In this document: one piece after another, positions 25,163 to 38,279 of the stretch
Layout: the number at the start of each line of letters is the position of its first letter
Position numbering within the stretch: position 1 is the first letter of the stretch
DNA from: Octopus bimaculoides
Taxonomy: Eukaryota
Assembly (NCBI RefSeq): GCF_001194135.2
Contig: NC_068982.1
Span: forward strand, 181,990,623 to 182,049,789
Reading direction: 5' to 3'
DNA: 59,167 nt
The notes under the pieces: generated by a model
What the model was told of the DNA's origin: nothing
Seen by the model: the letters and a program-made list of their open reading frames with translations, nothing else
Databases searched by the model: none
Program-made: the position numbers and the translations under genes

Positions 25163-26734
25163 TCTGCTAGTAGTGAACCCCACCCCATAGTAGTTTGTCA
25201 CCAAACCCTAAGAAATTTTAAAACTATATCATCTATGTGTACTGTCTATACTGTTTACTCCTTACCCTACAAAGAAAATGCCAGTGTCCTCTTAAGCTTT
25301 GAATCACTAGGTCTGATAAAATAGTCCTTAAATCAGAAAAAAAACCAAATAAAATCAGTGACAGTTAAAAATCTGCTTAGAATTATTTACTAGCCTGTAT
25401 GGTCTGGGAAAGTCAAAATGGTTTTTTGTATTCTTCCTTTCTACTTGGAGAGTTTAAATGTAGTTATAAAAACATGTCCTTCTGTTTAGATGTAATTGCA
25501 TTAAATTTCTATACTTTTATGCAGCTGAGGGTTGCTCTGCATTTTATATTTGATGCAATGTTCACATTGCTTAATTAAATGGAGGCGCACGAAACGATCG
25601 TACTNNNNNNNNNNTACATATATATACACACATTCATATACACATATATACACATACATACATATACCCACATATATATATATATATGCTTACATATACG
25701 CATACACATATACACGCATACATGTACTTTCCTACATACACGCTCAAGCACATACATATGCATAACGATATATTGCTGGCATCATATATAAATATAAAAA
25801 ATAACGTATGTCCATGTATACGAGCGCTTACATGCATATATACAAACATGTATTTATTTATATATACACATATATGTACACTTATAGAAGTATACATACT
25901 AGTACAGATATGCACAGGTAATGAAATTTTCTAAACACTAATTTAAAATAGTGTGTACAAGAGAGAACACTCTCACGTCTCTTCATAAGCAATTTCTTCT
26001 TAGATGTTAATATTTGATATAACTCATCTACACACAGATTGCATCTAGCATCATTAATCTTATACTACAATGCCTACGTATTTTTGAATTTATTTTGTAA
26101 CATCTCTTATTATCCTTCAATTCCCAAAATTAGTTTACTTAGATTAGTACTGCTAAATTTGTCTCTATTGCGAAAGGTGTATTCGTGGTTTGCTATTCAT
26201 TTTTAATACACTTTTCCGTAGACCTTGTGTAAAACAAATTGTTCCGAATCCGCCCTACAACTATATACAATATTATTGTGTAAACAAAACTTATCAAATA
26301 CACATTTATCCTTATATCTACAATCAGAGTTTCTAGCAACAACCACCGTGAGTAAAATGATAATATACAGGTATATGGAAAATTGAATATGCATAATATT
26401 TTTCAATCCGTATCATTTCAAACGCACGCAGAATTTGGCACATTGATTATGATGTCTTTTTTATATTGTCTGTCCTAAATACTGGTTAAGGATCAACAGA
26501 ACGGTTGATCGCTCGAATGCCTCGGCCTCACGAGTTTTTACGGTAATGTTGCTAGTTTTTGTACGTTTCAGTGATAATGCGAAAACAGGAAGAAAGTTAT
26601 AATTATTTATATAATATTATATTGTCATATATTATATTCATAGTATTTGATGTAATATTATAATATAAATAAATTATTGGATTGTCAATAGAATATCTCC
26701 ATATTTAATCTATCTTTATATATATATAATTAAT

Positions 26735-27146
26735 AATATGAGGGTAAGAAAAATCTTTGAATGTTTTACTACCAGTGGCCTAACGTGTCGAAAACGTAGT
26801 CAATAGACAATATATTATTCATAAAAATAACGTGTACATTTAGACACATAAGAGGATACGTGGCAAATACCCTCCTGTGTGATAAAGTTAAAATAATAGA
26901 CAGAGAACACCACTGGAAAATACGAATACTAAAAGAAGCAGCACATATGGTAGGACACAACACCCTCCTTAGCAGACCGAGTGCAGATAAGAATAGTATA
27001 TGGGAACCGGTATTAAGGAAGGATAGGAAAATATTAGTTCTATAAGCCCTACAAATTCGCGCCATAATTGCACAAGGGCAGATGGCGTAGTGGTTAAGAG
27101 TGCGGGCTACTAACCCCAAGATTTCGAGTTCGATTTCAGGCAGTGT

Positions 27147-27201
<55 letters not shown>

Positions 27202-27395
27202 AAGAAGAACAACAACAACAACATCGAAAAATACCTTAGGAATGAGAACCCAGATTAAAAATTCCCCAAGACACCTGAAGAAGTCTGGAGGGTATATCAG
27301 CCGAAACGTTATGTTAACAACAAACACGATGAGGACAAATATGCATCAAATGTAAATAATTTACATAATTCTTCATCTCTTAAATGCAGAACTGC
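26735..27395 (+). mobile_element. Penelope-like retroelement 3' end: GIY-YIG endonuclease C-terminus plus terminal repeat region
   Basis: ORF 26860-27045 reads CDKVKIIDREHHWKIRILKEAAHM..LLSRPS. This fits the V.IL..E..W..R...EA..I end of Penelope GIY-YIG domains. It is followed by a tRNA-like head, (AAT)n and a CTGAAGA..GAAACGTT motif. Confidence 0.75.
27076..27149 (+). promoter_or_regulatory. tRNA-derived Pol III internal promoter (A and B boxes); a pseudo-tRNA, not a functional tRNA
   Basis: A box TGGCGTAGTGG at 27083-27093; B box GAGTTCGATTTC at 27126-27137; anticodon-like loop CTACTAA; imperfect stems. Confidence 0.7.
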
Positions 27396-28662
27396 ATTAT
27401 CACGTTCATGTGTTTTCGAAAGTTTTCTTTAATTCCCGTTTGCCTCCTGTATAAGTGTTATCGTTTGCATTTTTAACTTTGTATATCCTAAGTGTATTTC
27501 GCTTTTTTACATTACATATTATAGTATTCTCCCACATAAGTTCTTCTCATTTGTGTTCTTATATTTATTGATATTCTTATATTCACTGGTACATTATGGA
27601 TATATTTTTAGAGTGATTCATTGGAGTAATGTGTTGCTCTACGTGAAAGCGCTATGTCCATGGTCAGTGGATATTTGATACCCATTCACGCTTCCAATAT
27701 ATTTGCTTTTCATTTTTTGTAGCCAGCCTTTATTTGTAGTTTTAGCTAAACTTCTTTGGAGGGTAATTGGTATGAAGTAGTCATTTGAGTGATTACTTTT
27801 CACTTCATTGAGCATTTCGAACGCAAATATGGTATTGTCTGCGTGTCGTTATAACGTCAAATCTCAACTGCTGTACACATAAAAAAACCTATCCAGGCAG
27901 GTAATTCTTTTATTCATGTTTGATTGATGATGGGAATTGCTCTACGTTCTAAAATAATGTTAATATTGGTATGATTGTGTCGTATTTGATAGCATAGTAT
28001 GGCAGAAAGAGATTAAGCGAACTTCTAACTCCATTGTAATTAGGGTCTAGATTATTACCAAACGTACGGTACGAAAATAAGACGTTGTTTATAAAAATTT
28101 GGAAAAATTAGTATGAACGTCTTAATATTATTTACAAGGGTTGTCAGCCAATTGAAGTAACTAATAAATATTGTTCCTCAGTTTGACTCGTCCAACAAAA
28201 TGAGCACAAGGTCAGGAAAATGTGCCAAATCATTTTATATAGATGTAAAGTAATTAACAAAAGAGAAAATGAAATAAGATACACACATTAAAATAAGTGA
28301 ATTACAAAAGATCCTTTCAAATAGCAATTCAGGTTAATGTATCTAACAGGGCGGAGAACATAGAAATCAATAAAAAGAAGTTAATTTAGAATGATTCCCG
28401 CGAAAACATTATAGCAATGTAAAAAGCAAACAATTTACTCAAAATGAACAATGAGTTAATAGGTATAATTTTTCTACCAATCAAATGGTATTTTACAGCA
28501 AAAACAAAATATATTGCATGTTAATTCAATTGAAGAGCTGGGTTAAGAAAGCAAGTATACACTATTGTGATCTGAATCCATCTCTCTAACCTTGATAGAA
28601 TTAGAATCTATCGGCACCACACTAATACATGTCAATGCCTAATACAAATTACAATTACAAAC

Positions 28663-28714
28663 GAAAAATAACTAGAAAGAATAATATGGAAAAATAACTA
28701 GAAAGAATAATATG
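28663..28714. repeat. 26-bp perfect tandem duplication
   Basis: GAAAAATAACTAGAAAGAATAATATG occurs twice. Confidence 0.95.
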
Positions 28715-31302
28715 GAAACCAATTACAATAGAAAGGAAACAGGAATAAATATATTTCCCTTATAAAAAAAATGCAGTGTAAACTATATATGATACAACAT
28801 TTCCATGGTAACAAAACTGCATGAAGAACGTAAGTCTGAAAAAAAAAGAGGTAAATTGAAATTGAATTTGAATAGGTAATAAACAAGAAATGAAAGGTAA
28901 ACATTTGGCATTATGAAATACAAGCAATATGGAGTATTATTCAGCGCATCAAATCTTTCGACTACATGACAACCGGAGACATTGATATTAATAGGGCAGT
29001 AACAATGATTAGGACCAAATAACGTAGAAATCTCGAAAAGTAAGACAAGCATTTTACAATTAATAAAACAATTAATTCACTAATCCATCATTATGGGTAC
29101 CAAATACGGACAAAGGTTTATAAGTAGACACACTAAACGAGATAGACGGAGCAAAATGCTTAAACTGCTGTCTGAAAACTGAGAATAAACATAATTAGCT
29201 CTTATCAAACTTGAAATATGACAACCAGATATAGTAATTTGGTTTATATTTGTCCAGACTGACAAATGGGATCAAATTATATCACAAAAACATAGTCATA
29301 GGGAAAATTAAAATGCATGGAATCTAGATATATATTCATTTTGACGAATATATCAATTTATCGATAAGGAACGAAACAAATTTTTAACAATGAGAGAACG
29401 AAAGTTATTATCAAGTAGAATAGTATATGATTTAGAAAAGCATTAAACAAAGAGTTTAATATCTTACAATTGCACACAGAAACCAATGTAAGTAAATCAA
29501 TTAAACTCAGCGCCCATTATATTAAAAGACAGGCGCTTTTATTTCAATTGTGAAACTCGCAAAGTGCACTTTCCGCAGAATCAGTTTTCAGCAACAAAAT
29601 TGGCGCTGACACAACGCATATTCTAGATAATCATCTTTGAAAAGTGCAATATGTTTTAACTAGAAAGATTGTAGTGAATAATGCAGCAATGTAGGGAAAT
29701 ATTTTTACTGTAACGATGCAGGCAATAGAATAAAACTTCAGCAAAGACATTACACGTAACCACTATCAATGCAATGTAAAATCTACTTGAAAGGCAAGGA
29801 AACGCATCGAAAAAAGAAGTCAGATAATGTTAATTATTTTTATTGCTAAATTTATTTGTATTTATTAATTTTACTGTTACCAATAATGTTTTGGCTAATT
29901 TTTGTTTTAAATTATTATTTTACAAGTATGAATTTATATATTTATCTTCTCTTCAAGTAGAGTAAAGAAAATTACATTTGTTTATTCAGCGCTACAAGAT
30001 AGAATTAGATATTCTGTATATAATTAAAGAGGCATAGATAACGCACAATGCATCAGTGAGTCCCGAGTTACTTTACATTACTGAAAAGTGTCACCTGCAA
30101 ATATTCAAAATGTAGACATATTCTGTTAAATATAAGGCGATAAATATTCATCATGTTTCAAATTGTAACATTTTCCCCAACACTGCGGCCATTATATTTG
30201 AGCTGAGTTAGACAAGTCATAAATTGTACAGAATTATATATAATCATTTCACTAATTTAAGTCAGTATACGCTTACTTTGATAAATGTACCGAATTGCTA
30301 ATTTTCCGTAAGAGTAGCGGCAGGAGGGCCATTCAAAACTACGATTTTGCTTATACATTTGATGTTATTTTTAATAAGATAGATAAAATCATGAAATCCT
30401 TCCTTTTTTTATTACAAAAGTTGTGATGAATGATATATCTACGTTCAAAGTAAATATCTAAAATGTGACAATAATATTCTATAGATTTCAGTAATTCACA
30501 CAATAACCTCGATAATATATTGGACATTTACAATATTACAACCAATATTTCGACTGCAAGACACTATATATGTTTCCATTTACACCATTGCTACATTCGA
30601 TTTTCTCAGGAAACAAAACGCAATCAGATTAAAACGTTTATATGAAAAAAGAAATAAACATGCAATATGCATTTTTACATTCTAATATCCCTGTTTTATG
30701 CTATGATTTCAATGAATTCCGAGATTAATGTACACATTCAACACGATGACATTCTACAGTGTTTCACAGAATTGACATATTTTACCATAAAAAAGTGTAA
30801 ATTGAAGAATATTTGTCTATGAAAAGTAATTTCCTGGTACTTTAAAAAGTGACGTAAATTTAAACAGCATTTATGAAGTAGATAGGCTAAATGCTTCTTT
30901 ATGGCAATAAATATGATTTATGAACATTAATAAGGAATGCATGCAGGTGTTAATTTATTGAATTATATACGAAGACGATCATGCAACTAAAGCGTACTCA
31001 ATAAACAGGTAGACTACTATACTAAAATAATTAGCACCAAATGTAATATTTTTAATCAAATAATCTCAATATATAATGTTTTGAATGTTTTGCAGTATAC
31101 ATGTATCTCCATACACACACATACGCGCACACGCACACACGTACACAGACAAACACACACACTCACACACAAACACACACACATACACACACAAACATAA
31201 AAACACGCACACATATGTATGTACATATATCGGTTTTGGAGATTGCATAGTCCTTACTTTCGAAAATCTCGCAATCCGGGTTACTCATTTTCTGCCGTTA
31301 GT

Positions 31303-31545
31303 GTCATGTTAAGCTGTCGTATGTCCAAATTTCGCCAAATGCCTTTTTTTATCACTATTTATTCTTGCTAACAATAGCCGGATATTTTGGGGCAAATCAT
31401 CTTATCTCCAACTGCTTCAGATGACAAGATATCAAAAATTGTCAGTGTGTTGTACAACGGTGTTTTTAAGGAATGGTGAAACAATTTTTTCTTTTACTGA
31501 AAAAGCAACGTTTTGGACTTACGACAGTTTTGCATTATAGCAACA
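31303..31545 (-). repeat. Unclassified ~245-bp interspersed repeat, copy 2 (inverted relative to 8829)
   Basis: See 8829-9072. Confidence 0.85.
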
Positions 31546-32544
31546 ATATATATATATATATATATATANNNNNNNNNNNNNNNNNNNNNNNNNNNNNNNN
31601 NNNNNNNNNNNNNNNNNNNNNNNNNNNNNNNNNNNNNNNNNNNNNNNNNNNNNNNNNNNNNNNNNNNNNNNNNNNNNNNNNNNNNNNNNNNNNNNNNNNN
31701 NNNNNNNNNNNNNNNNNNNNNNNNNNNNNNNNNNNNNNNNNNNNNNNNNNNNNNNNNNNNNNNNNNNNNNNNNNNNNNNNNNNNNNNNNNNNNNNNNNNN
31801 NNNNNNNNNNNNNNNNNNNNNNNNNNNNNNNNNNNNNNNNNNNNNNNNNNNNNNNNNNNNNNNNNNNNNNNNNNNNNNNNNNNNNNNNNNNNNNNNNNNN
31901 NNNNNNNNNNNNNNNNNNNNNNNNNNNNNNNNNNNNNNNNNNNNNNNNNNNNNNNNNNNNNNNNNNNNNNNNNNNNNNNNNNNNNNNNNNNNNNNNNNNN
32001 NNNNNNNNNNNNNNNNNNNNNNNNNNNNNNNNNNNNNNNNNNNNNNNNNNNNNNNNNNNNNNNNNNNNNNNNNNNNNNNNNNNNNNNNNNNNNNNNNNNN
32101 NNNNNNNNNNNNNNNNNNNNNNNNNNNNNNNNNNNNNNNNNNNNNNNNNNNNNNNNNNNNNNNNNNNNNNNNNNNNNNNNNNNNNNNNNNNNNNNNNNNN
32201 NNNNNNNNNNNNNNNNNNNNNNNNNNNNNNNNNNNNNNNNNNNNNNNNNNNNNNNNNNNNNNNTATATATGCTTGTGCGTCTGTATGTGTGATTTAAGTA
32301 TCTATGTATTAAGATATGCAAATATTAGCTGAAAATTTCTTAGTACATACTTGAATATCAACATATACGTTTCATAAATAATATATTGCATTGTAATTCA
32401 AGGTTATAACTACGATTTGTTTCGTTACACTCTATTTTCATAGTCTTGTAAATCAACATATTAGTGTGATTTGCATAAAATTAGATCAAATCGATTTCGT
32501 AGAAAAGTACAATTGGATTAATGAAATTATTTAGAAGGTATTTT

Positions 32545-32670
32545 TGATTTGCACCTCCGACGGACCGTCGACCCGTCTAGGTGGGGAATCTTTACGCCAA
32601 TGAAACCGGAAAACCGGCCCTTATGAGCCAGGCATGGTTCGAGAAGGAACAAACAACGACATTGATTGAA
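32545..32670 (+). mobile_element. Possible retroposon 3' tail fragment
   Basis: GC-rich island ending in an (AAC)n-like tail. No second copy in the window; the call rests on recollection of similar octopus repeats. Confidence 0.3.
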
Positions 32671-33039
32671 GGACAGCACTCTGTGTATCAGAGAAAAAAA
32701 TTTTGAAAAATGAATGGATAAAGTTGTGCTGATTTCACTCAAATGTAAAACAGAATACTGTGAGGTGTCTTACAATGTCCTTGAGTGTCCAATAAGTAAC
32801 AGAATTTCTGTGTTTATTTTATTTTCTAAACGTTCACTGCTTTAGGTATTGAAATAACTGAAGTGTTTAAACACTACTAATATTTACCGGCCGAAAAGCA
32901 AGACGTGACAATCCATAATTTATGACATGTATACATTCATGCATACATGCATAGACACAGACACACACGCACCTATATGCATATGTACATATGCATATGT
33001 ACATATGCATATATATGTGTATATATATAAGTATATGTA

Positions 33040-34652
33040 GGTAAACCTAGATAAACTTACATATGTTTGGACCAAAGATTGGTCCAGTCCATGTCTAACT
33101 TAATAGCACAACCTGATAGGATTATTAAAATCCTTTTTACGTCAAATTTTGTGGTATCATGTAATGAGCTCTTGTTGAATGAGTTGTATCCAGGTATAGG
33201 TGGTATATTTAGTATTAAAGAAATTTGTCCAGACTCCGGATAAAGGTGATAGGATCATTTTCCTCTTTGATCAGTTTTGGGTCATTGTTAAACAGGGCAA
33301 TACCTATTGAAGAAAAGAAACTGTGTCGCAGTGTACCTATATGTTGTGATCATAAATTGGGCAGCGGACGTATGGTCCGTGTTCCCAGCCTTGGATGAAA
33401 CTTGAAGCTAATGTTCAGGTCGGTCGTTTGGATAATGATGGTGGTATATTCTCTACATCGTGAAAATGAAGTACCGCTCGCGGCGGAGCTGGAGAGAGTA
33501 GAGTTTCAAGGCTTTAAGTCGGTCCCAGTAATCGAGATCAGTCATGCCTTTAATTCATTTAGTGAATGACCTCTGGGGTGATTCAATTTTCGAGCTGTTT
33601 TGTTTTCTATGGGGAGACCACAGGGGGCAGCAATATTCAAGGTGTGGCTGTACTAAGGAGTGTTCTCTGGACCGGAAGATTCTTAAGATCCAGCAGCTCA
33701 TCCTACGAGGTATATTGCTGATGTGGGCACTCCTGCTGAGATTGTCATCAACAATTATTCCTAGGACTCTGATATTATTAGATGCTGTGAGTGGTGCCCC
33801 TGAATGAAGAGAGTATGGCTGTTTATGTATAGCCTTTCTTCCAAAATGCATCAGCTCAAATTTCCCCTCGTTTTTTGACATTTCCTTTTTATCTGCCCAT
33901 TGGTTCACTGAATATAGATCAGGCTGGAGTTGAGTCCGGTCTTCTTCTTCATTGATGATTTGCTGGTGTTTTGTGTCATCAGGAAATATTTTTACTTTGC
34001 AGTGTTTTACGACGCTGGAAAGGTCGTTTATGTAGATTATAAAGCGGAGCGGGCCCAGGATAGTCCTCTCAGTGACACCACTGGTAACTTGGGTTTAGGT
34101 AACTGGGCTTGGGTGGACTCCATCGACCACAACATGTTCTGTTCTATTCGCCAGGAAATACTCAAACCAGTATAGACGTTTTCACGGATTCCAACATTTG
34201 CCAATTTTGAGAATAAGATGTTATGGTCAACCCTGTCGAACGCTTTACTGGAGTCAAGATATATGACATCAGAGTTCAAACCTGTTCCCAAAGCTTGAAG
34301 TATATCCTCAATGGGGTGTAAGAGCTGTGTTAGACAGTCTCTTCCACAGCGAAAGCCATGCTTATTTGCATTTAGGAGTTCGTGGATATCCAGGAAGTCA
34401 ACTATTCTTGATCTGACCACTCTTTGAAACACTTTAGTGATGTGGGAGGTGAGTGAGATTGGGCGATAGTTGACTGCGAGAGATCTGTTTCCCTGTTTGA
34501 AAACCGGGCTGACAGACTGGGATAGGAGCTGTTTCAGTATATAACCTGAGTCTGAAGAATTTCTCCAGAAATTGGTTAGAGGGACTGCAGGTTGGTGTCT
34601 ACATTCCTTCAGGAGACTTGCGGGGAATCTATCAGGGCCTGCAGCAGAATAG
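33040..34652 (-). mobile_element. CR1-group LINE, 5'-truncated RT and 3' region, with frameshifts and stops
   Basis: NSAAGPDRFP, PVFKQG..NYRPISLTSHITKVFQR, NKHGFRCGRDCLTQLL, YLDSSKAFDRVDH, IFPDDTK, LGIIVDDNLS, LVQPHLEYCCPLWSP..IESPQRSFTK, LKLYSLQ.RRER. Confidence 0.93.
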
Positions 34653-35064
34653 TAATTGACCTCATTTATTGCTGTTATTCGCTTACAGCTGTTTTATTAT
34701 CTTGTTATTTATGTAGTAGATATTGTATCGACATTACCACGCACATAAAGACATATATATATGTATATATANNNNNNNNNNNNNNNNNNNNNNNNNNNNN
34801 NNNNNNNNNNNNNNNNNNNNNNNNNATATATATATATATATATATACGTGTGAATGCCCACATATACAAGGGCTTCGAGAAGTGAAGTAACAGACAAATG
34901 GTCATTTTGATTCATTGTATTTAAAAAACATCAGCTCTACTGCGGTTTGTAGGCTGACCCTATATGTGTGTATAGATTCACTTAAGAGAGCAATGGTTAC
35001 AGTCCAATACAATTTCAGAGAAAGATTCATTATATAACTATACTAAAGTAAAATATATATATTG

Positions 35065-35566
35065 CTGGAAGGTGGTAGTGGTTCACTCCCTTGCTTGCAA
35101 TATACATCGGGTGCAGATTGCATCATATAACCAATTGGAGGAGGCGTCCTCCTGGGGTTAAAATTGCAGTAACGTCGGTTGCTATGGGACAGCCAGGTTT
35201 TGCTAGCAATGAACCTCTTAGTATAGTTACTGCTTTCATCCATTATAGAGAATTTCTTTGTATCTACTTTGCTTCTTGCAAGTTCGGTGACTGTGTTTCA
35301 CGTGAATTCTATATAGTGCCAGCTGGAGTGAACGAATGCTATCTCTAGCGGATGAGTATCCTCCACCGATGATGACCACAAAGAAGTAGAAACCGCACGA
35401 CCATGTGGTCTCGTGACTGGAGGATGGTAGGGGTTCACTCCCCTGCTTGCAATATTTATCAGGTGCAGATTGCATGGAAAAACCAGCTGGAGAAACCATC
35501 CTTGTGGGGTTAAAATTGTAGTAAGATCGGTTTCTACAGAACAGCCACTTTTAAATGGCAATAAAC
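35065..35566. repeat. Gap-free ~150-bp direct duplication (35065-35214 and 35417-35566)
   Basis: CTGGA, GGTTCACTCCC.TGCTTGCAATAT, GGTGCAGATTGCAT, GGGGTTAAAATTG.AGTAA and CAAT.AAC all fall at a constant offset of 352. Confidence 0.92.
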
Positions 35567-37220
35567 ATTACTTCTCCCTAATCTCTTATACAAATTGTCT
35601 AACTAAAAAAAAATTATAAAGCAAAATCATAATAATCAGAAAAATATAAATATAAATAATGAGATAGGTTTATCTAGAAATTTGCTTCGAAGGAAAATAT
35701 AGTTAATAAGAAATAAATAAATACTGAAATGACAAATGGTCAGTGGGAAGAGAAACATAAAGAGAGAACAAAATAAGATATGAAAGAATGTTCAGAACCA
35801 GAAGCGGTTTGAGTTGTAGGAATTTCATGCACTGCTGGCGTTGGGAGATGCCAGAGGATTTTCATGAACATTGACATAGTATTAGAATGCATACATATTT
35901 CCCTTATGTGAATAGTCACGATCCCATTAACATGCACGTTCATACACATACATGAGTATTAGCAAGTAAGTCCATATACATTTATACCTAGCTACGTTCA
36001 TGTGCTGGTACACACACATACAATATAACACAGAACAGTAATTTCAAAGTAATGATATAATAGTAGAAAGTTAATATTAACTACAACAGATTATAACCAC
36101 ATTCTTTTGACACAATGCCTAGAACTTACTGTACACAAAATATATACGGCGAGACAATATTCGCACATTTATACTGATTCGCACGGAGTTAGGCTTAGTG
36201 CCTTAGCGATTATACGAGTTAAGATATCTTCGGTATTACATAATTTGTGAATGGAGACAGTGAACTGTCTCATCAATAAGAAAAGTAAATAGTAATTGAA
36301 TAAAGAAGGTATGGTGGAAACGAAGTACAGGAAATAAAATCGATGGGCAAACTAAACGGTCACATATAGAACAAGTTATTTGAATTATTAAAGCTTTAGA
36401 CTATATGCTAGTGGGTAAATAACAATAGGGGGGGGATTAATGGTATCAAATGGACATTGTATACCACATTTAACTGAATTATATATAGTTAACATGTTGA
36501 TATATTAAAGATATGCAAGAAATCCCAATACATACTTATCGTTATTACCTAAGAGTAATACTAATCTGTTGCGCGAATTAGTGCAGTGGCACTGAGATTA
36601 GCTGAACTAATTAAGTTAACGTAAGTTAGAAAGAAGTAGAAACCTTGAAAGGGAGGATATAGTATCAATCGAGTGACATACATGTAAGGTTTTTGGCTAT
36701 AGAAATGTTAATGAAGTGATTTAGATGAAGCTACTACATTATATTCAGTAATGTGTAGGAATCACATGCGGTAAAATGCGACCAATTACACCTCTTTTGT
36801 TGTTATATTTGATTTGCGCCTAATTATTTCATAGAATTCAGGTATACAAGCACTATTGTCACATTTGTAGGGTTGTGCCTTGCATTTAATGAACCATGCA
36901 ATTGTGTACTGGACTCCTTTATCATAAGCGTCTAGAGAAAACTAGCAGATATATATTCTTGTTAACTGCAAATAAGTTTCCAGCCTCTATCCCCAAACAT
37001 ACACGTGTAGATATTTTTGAGTATATTGCGCATAAAAGATCAAATTCTAATCATTTTGAATATTGAATGGCTACAGATTCTATCAAACAGGCTTCATATT
37101 TTCCGATAAACTATGAAAAAAAATACTAATTAAATTTTGGCCGCAAAGAATATATTACTATAAGTGTACATGTTTGTACGTGCGCGTGCCTACGCGTACG
37201 CTCGTATATTTACTATAATC

Positions 37221-37433
37221 CTTTCTACTAAAGGTCAAAGGCCTGACATTTTGGGGGAGAAGCTAGTCGATTACAACGACTCCAGTACGTAAATGGTCCT
37301 TATATCATCGACCCAGAAAAGATAAAAGACAACGTCAACGACCACGGTGGAATTTGAACTCAGATCGTAAAAACGGACGAAATGCCACAAAGCATTTTGT
37401 TCGGTGTGCTAACAATTGTGCCAACTCGCCGCC
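37221..37433 (-). mobile_element. SINE family B, minus strand
   Basis: The reverse complement reads GGCGGCGAGTTGGCACAATTGTTAGCAC..TCTGAGTTCAAATTCCACCG..TGGGTCGATGATA..TACTGGAGTCGTTGTAATCGACT; homologous to 46531. Confidence 0.85.
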
Positions 37434-37604
37434 GTGTATGTGTCTAGAATGATAAAGATTAGATATATTATAAAAAGTGATGTTGCCTAGTATGACTTTG
37501 TTATGATACATATTGTCCATCATCCGATGACATGCAGCTTTCACATAAACTTTTTCCCATGTTAATATGTTTATGAATATAACTCTTAACAAATGCAGCA
37601 GCAG

Positions 37605-37787
37605 GTAGAATTGTTATCTCGTCTGTCTTTACGTTCTGAGTTGAAATTCCACTGAGGTAAACTTCACCTTTCACAATTTTGGAATCGATAAAATACGTAT
37701 TAGTGGAATCATGGTAGGTGGGGTCGATGTAATCGACTTACACCCTCCCCGAAATCGCTGGCCTTGTGCCAAAATTTGGAACCACTA
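37605..37787 (+). mobile_element. SINE family B, headless and diverged
   Basis: TCTCGTCTGTCTTTACGTTCTGAGTTGAAATTCC..GAATCGATAAAAT..GGGGTCGATGTAATCGACTTAC..GGCCTTGTGCCAAAATTTG. Confidence 0.8.
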
Positions 37788-38279
37788 TAAGTTTTAACAC
37801 ATTAAGTTCTATATTGCCAGGCGAAACAGTAGACCATTAGTTTCATGAAAGAAAGTCCATTTCTAATCCATACATTGGAGTAAATTATGGAATTTATTAA
37901 AAAGAGAAATATAAAAGCTAATTAATTGTAATTATTGTAATTCATCATAAAACACAAAGTACTAAAACGATATATTGTAAAACCTCAGAGCAATAAATAT
38001 ATTTGCACAAAATGCCGGTTACGCGATTATACGGAAAGTTTTAATATATAAAGTCATAAACAAAATTATAGTACTATAAATTTATTACCGTGTTAATTGA
38101 AATGTGTGACAGTTGAAATGCATATATAAATTTAGTTTCAGTATATACAGCTTCCTTTTCTTGTTAAACCAGAGAATGCATGTGTATTTGTCCAGCACGT
38201 AAACACACACATGCGTACGCACACACACGCACACACATACACACAAAGACACTTATATATAAACGCATGTAGCTTACTG

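Noticed and set aside
27076-27149. Functional tRNA-Ser gene
   Set aside because: The stems are mismatched, there is no long variable arm or T-run terminator, and it is embedded in a retroelement end.
28900-29290. Decayed ORF-like stretch (IWHYEIQAIWSIIQRIKSFDYMTTGDID)
   Set aside because: It has multiple stops and no assignable family or splice structure.
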